From contig RQSC01000019.1 in NCBI GenBank assembly GCA_013416795.1, positions 70,356-134,355 on the forward strand: a stretch of DNA of 64,000 nucleotides. The letters run 5' to 3'. Source of the DNA: Prasinococcaceae sp. CCMP 1430. Its lineage: Eukaryota; Plantae; Prasinodermophyta. The position numbers and the translations under genes were made by a program. Below are positions 20,280-30,916 of this stretch, piece after piece. The notes beneath the pieces were generated by a model. That model ran no database searches, was not told the origin of the DNA, and was given only the letters and a program-made list of their open reading frames with translations. Position 1 is the stretch's first letter. Every line of letters begins with the position of its first letter.

Positions 20280-22643
20280 TCACCCGCTGCTCAGAGCGAT
20301 TGGTCTGCCTGCCGGAAGCTCTGTGATTGTGCGCGCGCGCGCACCGGTCAGCATCGGGCTCATCACACTGAATGGCCCACGAGGCTTCGAAAGCGTGCGT
20401 GCAGCGCTCGCCGCCGCCACGCGCACGCGCGCGAAGGCGCGCGCGCACGCACCCCTGGGACCATGCTCCTTCACGATCCGCTCGACCTTGATCCTGCGCT
20501 CGCCGAAGTCCTTCTGCTGCCGCCAGACGAATGCCTGCCGCCGCAGGGCCTGGTTGAAGATGAACGCCTGCTTCTCACCCTCGGCCGCCGCGAGTCTGTC
20601 GAGCTCGGCGGGAGTCATCGCGGAGAGCAGCACGAGCGCGCCGTGGATATGCTTGGTGCGGCTCTGCATGGCGGCCTCGCGCGCGTCGGCGCTGGTGCCT
20701 TCCGGCGCTGCCGCCTCGGGCGCAGCACGCCCCGCCTGACGCGCCCACGCCAGCGCGGCACTGTCGGCGCGCTCGAGTTCCGCCGCGTCGCCGCTGAGGG
20801 CCGCCGCGCCACGCTTGCGCGCCTCCTCCACCGCCGCGTTGATGCGCTTGGACATCTCGTTCGCGGGGCCCTCCAGGCCCCTCGCCCACTCCTTGACCGT
20901 CGGATACTGCCACCCGAAGTCTCCTTGCAGGCGCTTCTTGGCCTCCGCACGGCGCTCTTTCGTCCGGCGCTGGCGGTCGGACGAGCCGCGTCCCTCGAGC
21001 GACATGATGTGGTCCTCGAGCTCCCGCTGCTTGATCTTGCGGACGCTGGCGTCGTTCGCCAGGCGGTCGAGGAACGCACGCGCCTGCATGGCGCCCTCCA
21101 GCGCCTTGCGCTTGCCCTCAACGCCGCCCTTGGTCTTAAGGATGACCTGTATGTCCGAGTCGGACAGACCCAACGAGCCAGAGTTCGCTTCCAGCCCCTC
21201 GTCGAAAAGCTCCTCCTTGGAGAAGGCCCACTTGTCGTTGCCCTCGCCGCAGCGTGAGCGGATCTCCTCGCGCAGGAAGCGCTCGCGCTTGTTTGCGCTC
21301 TTCTTGAGCGCCTCGGCGCCGCCGCGATCCTGCTCCGTGTAGAAGCGGCGGCGGTCCGACTCGCGCTGCTTGCGCACGCGCTCGTCGCGCTTCAGGCGGT
21401 CCTCGAAGCTCACGGCCTCCTGTTCGCTCATGAGCTGCTTGGACTTGGCACTGACGTACGGCTGGAAGGTGCACAGTTGTGCGGGCACGCTAAGGCCGGC
21501 GTCGTACTTGCGCCGGCCCTTGTTGGCGTCGCCAACAGGCCTCCAGCCGCTCTCACCGAGCCTGACATTCGGCACCTTGAGGCGGCGCGTCTTGAGCTTG
21601 GCCTCCGAGATGCCCAGTGCGCTCGCGAGGCGCTGGACCTCCTGCTCCGCGATGCGCAGCATCTCCTGCGCGCGCTCGGCGTCGTCTCGGCAGCGGTTGC
21701 ACCGGACTAGAGCCTTGGAGAGCTCACGGTCCAGCTTGCGGTGGCGCTCCTCTTCCACATGCACGTGCTCGAGCGCGGCCGCGGCGTCCGCGATTGCCTG
21801 CTCGCGGCTGGGCTGCGCGCCCGCTCTCGCGCGGCTCAGCTTTGCGCTGCCAGGAACCGCACCGGCCATCTCGGCAATGGCCTGCGCGAGCTTCGCGCGG
21901 TGGCCGAGCGAGTCGATGCGCAAGTCCACACGCAGCTGCTCGGGGGTCAGGCTCAGCAGCACGATGCCATCCACGCAGTTGTGCGCGAACGTGCGGCGGT
22001 ACTGCCGGAAGCCCACATGCTCCAGCCACAGCAGCACCTCTTCGACGGTCCAGCTCGATGGGGCCTTCTCGAGGGCGGCCTTGAGAGCGCGCTGCTGCGC
22101 GGCGGTCATGCCGAGGGGTTCGGACGGCCCCGCGTACGCGCGACTGCTGTCGCTGGTGGACGGTCCAGCGGACTGCGGGCGGCGGCGCTGCTGCTGCTGG
22201 TGCCGCCGCGCGGCGAGCTCGGACGGGTGCACGTTGGCGCCCCACGGGCGCGCGTGCAGCGGCTCGCCGCCCGCGGTCGACGGCCTCAGCGGCGAGGGCG
22301 GCGTGGCCGCCATCGCGACAGCCTCGGCGGCGGCATCCGCGGCGTCCGTGTTGGGAGCGCGCACGCTGGCGCTCGCCACGGGCTCCTTGTCGGGAGTCGG
22401 GACGATGTCTGCGTCGTCCTCGGCAGCGCCGGTGACGCCGGCGTCCGCGCCGTCCGGTACCGGGACTATGTCCGCCGCAGCGGGAGGTGTGGCGGCGATG
22501 GGATCCGCAGGAGCCGGCGACTCGACGGGTGCCCCTCCGGCAGACGCTCCCGCCGCAGCAGCAGCAGCCAGAGCTTTGTCCGCCGCGCGGTCGAAGCTCG
22601 CCTCGCCCGCAAGCGGCGACGACGTGTACGAGTCGGACTGCAT
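20280..22643 (-). CDS. SAM-domain and coiled-coil protein of unknown function (3' exon structure uncertain)
   Basis: SWTVEEVLLWLEHVGFRQYRRTFAHNCVDGIVLLSLTPEQLRVDLRIDSLGHRAKLAQAI is a canonical SAM pattern, followed by charged helical regions. ATG at 22643; donor at 20452. Confidence 0.78.
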   Translation of the reverse strand: MQSDSYTSSPLAGEASFDRAADKALAAAAAAGASAGGAPVESPAPADPIAATPPAAADIVPVPDGADAGVTGAAEDDADIVPTPDKEPVASASVRAPNTDAADAAAEAVAMAATPPSPLRPSTAGGEPLHARPWGANVHPSELAARRHQQQQRRRPQSAGPSTSDSSRAYAGPSEPLGMTAAQQRALKAALEKAPSSWTVEEVLLWLEHVGFRQYRRTFAHNCVDGIVLLSLTPEQLRVDLRIDSLGHRAKLAQAIAEMAGAVPGSAKLSRARAGAQPSREQAIADAAAALEHVHVEEERHRKLDRELSKALVRCNRCRDDAERAQEMLRIAEQEVQRLASALGISEAKLKTRRLKVPNVRLGESGWRPVGDANKGRRKYDAGLSVPAQLCTFQPYVSAKSKQLMSEQEAVSFEDRLKRDERVRKQRESDRRRFYTEQDRGGAEALKKSANKRERFLREEIRSRCGEGNDKWAFSKEELFDEGLEANSGSLGLSDSDIQVILKTKGGVEGKRKALEGAMQARAFLDRLANDASVRKIKQRELEDHIMSLEGRGSSDRQRRTKERRAEAKKRLQGDFGWQYPTVKEWARGLEGPANEMSKRINAAVEEARKRGAAALSGDAAELERADSAALAWARQAGRAAPEAAAPEGTSADAREAAMQSRTKHIHGALVLLSAMTPAELDRLAAAEGEKQAFIFNQALRRQAFVWRQQKDFGERRIKVERIVKEHGPRGACARAFARVRVAAASAARTLSKPRGPFSVMSPMLTGARARTITELPAGRPIALSSG

Positions 22644-23574
22644 CGTGCGCCCCTGCGCCGCGCCCGCTCGCGCGCGCCCCCGCGCGCGTGGGCGCGGCGC
22701 GCGCGCGCGGCCGCGCGCGCGCGCGCCGAGGGGCGGAACAAAGGGAGTCGCCATCACCCCGCGCCCAAATTCAACTTTTTTTTTTTGGGCCCGCGCGCGG
22801 GAAAAAAAGCACGAGGAAAAATCCTTCCTCCGCGAGCCGTCTGATGACGACGGGGGTAACAACGGGCGCCGCGCGCGCCCAGGAACCCACAGACGGAATC
22901 CACACAGAGTTCCACAAATGAGCGTCGCTTTAGTATATTTAATTACATTCGAAATGGATTCCTCATTGCCGTCGACGCCACGCCCTCGCGCGGCGTGCGT
23001 TTTCATGGGCGGCCGGACAGAAAAAATGAAAAAGAAAAAGAAAAAGAAAAAGAAAAAATGCGACGCTGGCCGCACGGACGCGTTTCGACCTCGGCGCAGG
23101 CCAACGGTCGGCAGCGTCCTTTTTTTTTGCCTCTCTTTTTGGCCTTTTTTTTTGGCGTTCCGCGTCCATGTTGATACCGTCCTGCACTTTCCGTGCCATT
23201 TTCTGTGTGTGGTGTGCGTGCGTGCCCAACGGGCGGGAGGGGTGCAGCTGCGTGCGATTTGACCTGGCTCGTCGGTGGGCGGGGGGGAATCGCGCGCGAA
23301 ACGCCGGGGGGGAAAAAAACCGCGGCGCCGGTGCGCCACACCGCGCAGCGCCCCGCGGGTGTTGGGCCTCGCGGGCGGGGCCCTCGCCCGCAGGAGGCGG
23401 GGGCGCTGTGTGTGTGTGTGTCTCCCTCTCTCTCTGTGTGTGTGGTGTGTATCGGGGAAGGGTTGAATCGGCGGCGCAGGTGCCAGCGGGCGGGCCGCGC
23501 GCGCGAGAGAGCTGCGATGGAGGAGGGAGGCGCGCCCGCCGCGCCCGAGCCTGCCACGCTCGCGCCGGCGAGGC

Positions 23575-26500
23575 ATGGCGAGGCTTGGCGAGGCGGGCGG
23601 CGCCGGCGCGCCGGAGGCCAAGGCGAGCGGGGAGCAGACGGGGGCGGCCGCCCAGGCTGCCGAGCCGGAGGACCTGCCCGTGCGCGTCGCGGTCAACGTG
23701 CGGCCGCTGATTGGCACCGAGCGCGCCTCGGGGTGCGCGCCGGTGCTCGAGTGCCGCGCGCCTGCGGCAGGATCCAGCGGCGATGCCACCATCGAGGCGA
23801 ACGGCCGCACCTTCCCATACGACTTCGTGTACGCGCCCGGAACTGCGGAGGAGCGCCTGTACGACGAGTGCGTCGCGCCTCTCGTGGAGGGGCTCTTCAA
23901 GGGCTACAATGCAACCGTGCTCGCGTACGGCCAGACGGGCTCCGGAAAGAGTGCGTGCCACCGCGCTGCTGACGACGCGTCGCGTGGCTGCGGCAGCGAT
24001 GGCCGTGGCCTCGCCCGCGGGTGCTGACGGCAGCTCGTGCGCGCGGCACTACCCGCTTGCCCTTCCCGCGCGTGCGACACGCAGCCTACACCATGGGCAC
24101 CGCTTACACGCCCGGCGCCCCCCCGCAGGGAGTGACGCCCCGCGCGATGGCCGACATCTGCGACCGCGCCGATGCCATGCGCGACTTCGCCGACGTCAGC
24201 GTGCGCGCTAGCTTCATCGAGCTGCATGAGAAGGTCATACACGACCTGCTGGACACCAGCGGAAAGGGCGCCTCCGACAGGGTTGCCATACGCGAGGCCG
24301 CTGGGGGGGGCATCGTGTTGAGTGGCGCCAGCGAAGTCGCTGTTAGCACGGTGGCGGACATGGCCGAAACGCTGGAGAGAGGATCGCTCGCCCGCGCGAC
24401 CGCGGCGACCGGCATGAACGCGCGCTCAAGCCGAAGCCACGCCGTCTTCTCCATCCACCTCGAGGCGAGGCGCAAGCCTGGCTGCGAGGAGGCCATGGCA
24501 CGGGAGTACGTTGCCGCCAAGCTGCATCTCGTGGACCTCGCGGGTAGCGAGCGTGCCAAGCGCACCAAGGCCGAAGGCAAGCGCTTCCAAGAGGTGCGTT
24601 CCTTGCCCCACGAGTGCGCCGTGGCTTGCGTGTCCCGCTTGCATGGGAGTGGTAACTGACACCCCCGCCGCGTTCTGCGTGCGCGCGTCCCATCTCAGGG
24701 CGTTCACATCAATCAGGGGCTGCTCGCCCTCGGCAACGTCATCTCTGCGCTTTCGGCCGAGGCCGAGGAGCGGGAAGGGACGGCTGACGGCGCCCCGGCC
24801 CCTGGACCTGCGGTGGCCAAGCGGCACATCCCGTACCGCGACTCAAAGTTGACGCGCCTGCTTCAGGACTCGCTCGGTGGAAACAGCCGCACGGTCATGA
24901 TTGCGTGCGTGTCTCCCGCGGACTCAAACCTCGAGGAGACGCTCAACACCCTCAAGTACGCCGGGCGCGCTCGCAACATCCGCAACACGCTCACGGTGAA
25001 TTGCGACAGCAACGCTGAGGAGGTGGTGCGCCTTCGCCAGCAGCTCGCGGCCGCCCATGCGACCATTCGATCGCTCAAGAAGCGGGCTCTCAAGTCGGGT
25101 GGTGGCGATTCCGGCCGCGGCGGCGGCTCCGGTGGCATCGGTGGGAACAGCGCTGCGGCGGCGAGGGAGATTGCGGCCCTACGCGCTGACAATCAGCGCC
25201 TGGCGGATGCCCTGATGTCCTCTCAGAGCGAGCTGGCGGCAGCACTCTCCACCATCGGTGGCAACGGAGCGGAGGCGCTGTGCGGCGGTGAGATGAGCGC
25301 CGAGGAGGTCGACGCTGCCGGTGTCCGCCTCGCCGAGCTTAATCAGAGCCTCGAGGCCAAACAGGCCACGCTCTTGCGTGTGAGCGCTGATGGCAGGCAG
25401 GTCGAGGTGCTGAAGGCGCACTACGAACGCCAGATGACCTCCATTGAAGCCGAGCGGGCCACTGCTGAACGAGAACGCGACGAACTCATGAACAAGCTCG
25501 AACAGGCTAAGGGTAAGTCCGGCGCAGAGCAGAGCAAGCTGCAGGCCAAGTTCAAAGAAAAGGTGAAGGCCCTGGAGGCCAAGGTAGCCGAGCTCAACAG
25601 GAAGGCTCGTCAGGCGTCGCAGCTTGAGGGCCTGCAGCGTCGGTCGGCGCAGGCTGTCGCACGTCTGAAGGGCGATGTTGAGAGCATCAAGCGCCAGCGT
25701 GTGCAGCTGGAGCAGCGACTGCGTCGCGAGGCCAAGGCCTTCCAGAAAGATCTGCAGATCAAGAACAAGGAAATCATGAGTACTAGGCGCGAGGGCGAGA
25801 AGAGCAAAGCAAACCTCGCCAAGCTCAAAGGGCTCCACGAGCGCCAGGCCGCTGTGCTCAAGCAGAAAATGTCCGAGCTGGCTGCCGCATCTAAGCGACT
25901 CAAGGAGAGCGTGGATCGCCGCGCTGGTATCGCCGCGGACAAGAGGGAGCGGCAGCAGGCCCGTGCGGGTGTGTCACGCCCGTGGTCGTCCACCACCACG
26001 CGTCCCGCAACCGCTTCGTCTGCTCCTTCCATCACGGCGTCCGAACTTACGCGTCGCATTGAGGAGGAAGTCAAGCTGGCGGTGCAGCTCGATGGCGCGC
26101 GCCGAGGGCTCGCGGAAGAGCGGGCACGCCTGGAGCATGTCACCGCGCAGCGCGACATCGCCCGGCAGGCATTGGGAGACGCGCGCACGGCTGGCGTACC
26201 CGATGAGGCCCGTATCAACGCGCTCAAGGCTGAGGAGGCGTCGCTCGACCTCGAGGTGATCGACGCTGGCGCTGCCATCGCGCGCGACGAGGCCACGATT
26301 GCTGCGGCGGAGAAGGCCCTGGAAGCCGCACGCGGTGCCGCCGTGGGCGCCCCGCGGAAGCGCATTGGCAGTGACATGAAGTCCTCCGCAGATGCATCGG
26401 CGGCGCTGGCGACCTTAGCCGACAAGCTCGTCGCGTCCGCGGTGGACGTCGCTTCGGCGAAGGAGGCACGCGGGGCGCTGGAGAGGCGCGCTGAAGCAGC

Positions 26501-27956
26501 TGAGCGTGAGCTTGCGGAGGCGCTTGAGCGCACAGCCGCGCTTGAGGCCGCAGCATCGAAGGCATCCAAGCGCGTCAGCCTGTGCATGACAGGAACGCCA
26601 ACGCCCAAGGTGCACCCGCAGAGCAGCACGTCTCCTTTGATTGGTATGCGCACGCCTGGTCCCGCAGCCGCCCCTTCGGCCGATGACTCGGAGGAGCTAG
26701 CTGCACTCGGGCGCGACGTGCGCGCTAGTGTCATGGCTGCAGGCGGCTTGTTTGCCCAGGGCCTCGAGGAGGCGCTTGCGACGCCGTCCGTGCCTCCCGG
26801 TACAACCGGCCGCCGCGGATCAGTCTTCGAGCACCCGTCTGAAGAGGAGGCTGAAGGCGAGGCGGATGCGGAGGGTGAGCTGGAAGACGAAGACGTCACC
26901 GACATCGAGGAGTCAGACAGTGACGACACCATCGAAGACCCCAGCGATGAGGAGTGGCGCGCAACTCCGATGCACCGCCGACGTCCCGCGAAGCCCGTCT
27001 CGCATCTGCCAAACGCTGGTGCGCGCGCGACCTCTCGGATGGCCACCCGAGCGGTGGCGGCCGCGCGCCCCGAAGAGAATGCTGTGCAGAATCGTAGATA
27101 CAGCTCGGAGAGCGACGGGAGCGCCGCCGGCGACTCACCGGCTAGCCTCGGCGCGAGCGATGCTTCGACAAGCTCAGGAGAAGGGGGGTCAAAAACGCGT
27201 GTGCAGCGCGCCGAGATCGTTGCGTATCTGAAGGAGAAGAAGGGCGTCACGCGTCTGCCGGCGCCCGTGGTCAACGGGACGGCCGTGTCGCTGCCCACGC
27301 TCGCCAGTGTCATCTGGGAGTTGGGTGGCCCGGCCATCGTCGAAGCCGAACGGCTATGGGATCGCGTGGCGGACAAGGTTGGGGTGGGGATGACCGGTGC
27401 ACGCGCGACGGCGGCACGCGCGGCTGCTGGGGTGCACAGGGCTTATGAGCGGCACCTTGAGGACTTCTTCATGGAGTGGAACCCGCGCGAGGAGGAGGTC
27501 GCGGGAGGCGGCAAAAGCAACAAAGGCAAGCGCGATTCGGGAGGGGGGCGCAAGAGCCGCTCGAGCGACGCGAGCAACAGTAGCTCGCTTGCCAACAGGC
27601 CCTCGTGGGTGGACGTCGTGCTCACGCCCGCGACGCAAAGGACGCCCAACAACCTCACGCCAACGTCGCGCCGCAAGGAACAGATCTCTCGTGCGGCCTC
27701 CGCCGACCAGAACGCGCAGGAGCCCGTATTGACGCCGATGTCGCAGATCAAGGGATTCGGCGGCTACCAGGAGGCCGGCCTGCGCTCGGTGCTGCGTGAC
27801 GCATCCAACCACGCTACGCCTGTCACCGAAGCGCCCAGCCCTGCCACCCAGGCGCACGTGAAGTTCTCGCAGAAGCTGAGGGCGACCGAGCCCAGCTTGA
27901 CCCTCATGGGCGAGATCCACAAGACGCCCATCGGCAAGCCCGCGTGGGAGTTCTAG
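23575..27956 (+). CDS. Kinesin-4 (KIF4/chromokinesin-like) motor with a long coiled coil and a C-terminal ARID-like domain (exons 23575-23950, 24085-24593, 24699-27956)
   Basis: [23 protein letters not shown] (spliced), switch I SSRSHAVF, switch [74 protein letters not shown]. The kinesin-4-type coiled coil includes IKRQRVQL. Confidence 0.92.
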
Positions 27957-28122
27957 CGCGCGGGCGCCCCGGCCGCGCTCGCTCGCGCCCGCATTCGCCA
28001 GCATGGAAAAATTTGCCAATTTGTTCACACTTGTTGTCGTCCGGCGCGGCTGTTGGCCACAGCGCGCACTTTTTGCGCGCGCGGCGTGGGACCCAGGCGC
28101 CGCGGCGGGGCGGGGCAGGGTG

Positions 28123-29655
28123 ATGGCGCCCCTGGCGGCCGGGCACGTGCGCGAGGGCTCGGCGGTCGGCGCGACGGGCCTGCGTATTGCTACGTACGCG
28201 TGGGACGCGCCCGCAGCGGCGCGTGCGCTCTCGGCGAGCAACGAAAAGGGCGGCGATAACGGAGGCGCGGCGGGTGCGGCGGGGGGAAACGCGAGCGACG
28301 CGGGTGGCAGCGGCAAGGTGCGCGCGAGTGCGAGCGCGAGCGCTAGGACCCGGAATGCACTCGTCGCAGCGCTCTTATGGCTGACACCCCCCTCCGACTG
28401 CGCGCGCGCGCAGCCACGAGCATTCGTGCTCGCGCTGCATGGCCACGCCGTGCACGCGAGGTACGAGTTCATCCCGGCGTCGAAGCGCGGCGGCCCCCAC
28501 GACGACTACTCGGAAAGCATCATCGCGCGCCTCAACGCCGAAGGCATGAGCGTGCATGCGTACGACCAGCAGTCCTTCGGCCTTTCCGAGTCGCGTGTGC
28601 CAGGTAAGCTCGCGCTCTTCTGCACCCACGTGCCGCGCACATTCTCACCACGGTCTCTCCGTACGTATGTGTATCGCGCGCGCACTCGGACTGAGCATCG
28701 TGTGCAGGGCTGCACAACGCATGCATGCGCATGCGCTCGGGAAAGAATAGCGCCCGCCCCCGCACTCACGCGCGCTGACGCGCGTGCACCCACACCCGCC
28801 CCAACAATGCCCTCGTGCGGTCAAGGATTCAAGGGTCGCGGATTCGTGAAGCGCTTCGACGATCTGGTCGACGACTGCGTGGTCATGGCTGAGAAGCTGC
28901 GCGCTGAGGCGGACGCGTTGGGTGTGCCGCTGTATCTTCTGGCGTGTTCGATGGGCGGATGCGTGGGCGTGCGCACGATGCAGCGGCGACCTAAGCTCTT
29001 CGACGGCGCGGTGCTCGTGGCGCCCATGCTGTCGCTGGAGCAGGCCAAACGGCAGCCCGCCAATGCCGTGCTCCTCCCCGTGGTGGGATTGCTGAGCCGA
29101 GTTTGGCCCACGCTCAGGTGCATCCGCGCGCACACTAGAGCCGCCTTTGCGCGAGTGGCGCGCGCAACTGCTCCGTCGAGTCGCCGCTGCTGCCGCACGC
29201 GAGCTCCCTGACTGGCTGGACTGCGTCCCATTCTCTGCCCTGACACACACTCACAACTTCTCTTCTCTTGTACCTCACTTGCTCTCAGGCTGCCAGCGGG
29301 TGCGGTGAACACAAAGTTCCCGTTCTTGCAGGAGGAGATGGACCGCGACCCGCGCTGCCTGAGCTCGCGCACGGTGGGCACCACGGCAAGGATGGCGAAC
29401 GAATACCTACATGCCACCGAGGCTTGCCGCAGGGACGTTGGTGCGATGACCACGCCCTTCCTCACGCTGCACTCCCACCAGGACACCTCGGTCGACCCGG
29501 AGTCGTCCGAGCACCTGCACGCGCACGCGGGTGCGCGTGACAAGGATGTGAAGTGGTTTGACGGGATGTGGCACAACCTACTCCTCGAGCCCGGCAAGGA
29601 CGAGGTGCTCGATGAGATCGTCAGCTGGTATTCCGCGCGCGCGCCGCCGGCGTAG
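28123..29655 (+). CDS. Monoacylglycerol lipase/lysophospholipase-like alpha/beta hydrolase (introns 28318-28413, 28604-28825, 29118-29288)
   Basis: LHGH oxyanion region, YDQQSFGLSE, nucleophile ACSMGG, GAVLVAPML, PFLTLHSHQDTSVD and GMWHNLLLEP. The introns restore the frame. Confidence 0.88.
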
Positions 29656-29820
29656 TAGGCGTGCTGGCGAGGGAGTGGCTCGCGTGCTTTATGAGGTTCC
29701 CCGCGCCGCGCGCATATATGGGAGACACAGATGCCGCCGCCTGTTTTTGAAGAGGGAGTGTACATGAGTCACAGTACAGCGACAGAGCACGCGGGCGGCG
29801 CAGCGCAGCGCGCTCGCTCG

Positions 29821-30501
29821 CTACGCGAACTTGAGCCCCTTGAAGGGTTTCTGCACAGCGCTGCGACGGCCAGGCCACGCCGCCAGCGCTGTGGCGACGT
29901 CCTCGGGCTGTTCCACCCACAGGTGGTGCTGGGTGTGGCAATGTGCAGCGACGAGTCGGCGTCAGCGGTGGTAAGGGGGGGCTCGCGGGAGCGGGAGCGG
30001 GCGCGCCAGTGCGCGACGGTGGCGCGCACCTTGATGCCCTTCGCGTGCAGCTTCTCGCTGAGCTTGCGCAGCGCCGGCTCGTCGTCGATGCCGAGCACGT
30101 ACTTCGTCATCGATCCGAGCGCCTCGGCGGACACGTACTCTGTGTGTGGACGGGCGCGTGTGTGAGAGCGGGTTCCACGTGCATGCGTGGCGCAGGCGGG
30201 TGCACCGGGGGGTGAGCGACGGGAGACGTATGGGAGAGGGGAGAGGTGGTGCCGCAGAGCATGTGCGCGAGTGCGTGTGCGCGCACGAAGGCGCACGAGC
30301 GCGTATACCATTAGTCGCCTCGTCGCCAGCGTCGAGTCCCTGCGCGACTGCCGCGACGCTCGCGTGCGCGCCCTGCGCGACGACCGCGCCGAGCGGCCAC
30401 GGCGTGCCCTCAGCGTCAGCGAGGTCGCGTCGGATGACAACGTACTGCACGATGGGGTCTGGCCTCGACCGCGCGCCCGCCGCCGCCGTCGCGGCAGCCA
30501 T
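29821..30501 (-). CDS. PTRHD1: PTH2-superfamily peptidyl-tRNA hydrolase domain protein (exons 30309-30501, 30030-30139, 29821-29928)
   Basis: VQYVVIRRDL..WPLGAVVAQGAHASVAA, MTKYVLGIDDEPALRKLSEKL..GIKHHLWVEQPEDVATALA. Confidence 0.88.
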
Positions 30502-30916
30502 GGGCACGCGGCGCGCACTCTCGCAGTCTCTGACGCCGAGCTCGCGAGGAGGCGGCGCGCGGCACGCGGCGCGGCCCGCGCGAGGCGCAGCAACGGGCGC
30601 GCCAGCATGCAGGGGGGCGGCGGCGGGCCGCGATGTGGCACGGCAAGTGCGCCTGCGCCCCAGTACTGGTGTCCTCGTTTGATAATTTGACAACGCATGA
30701 AGCAGAGAGCGCCAGTTGGCGCGCGCCGCGCGGGCCAAGGGGCCCTCCGCTTCCCCCCGGTGGCCCCGCCGGCGGGCGACTCTCCGCGCCCTTCCGCCCT
30801 TTCCCCGCCCTCCGCTCGGTCTATTTCTTCCCCCCCCACTCCCTCTCTGTGCCTCCTCGCTGTGCGCGTGGGCGTGCGAGCCGGTCGCCTGCGCGCTGCG
30901 GGCGCGCGAGAGAGAG

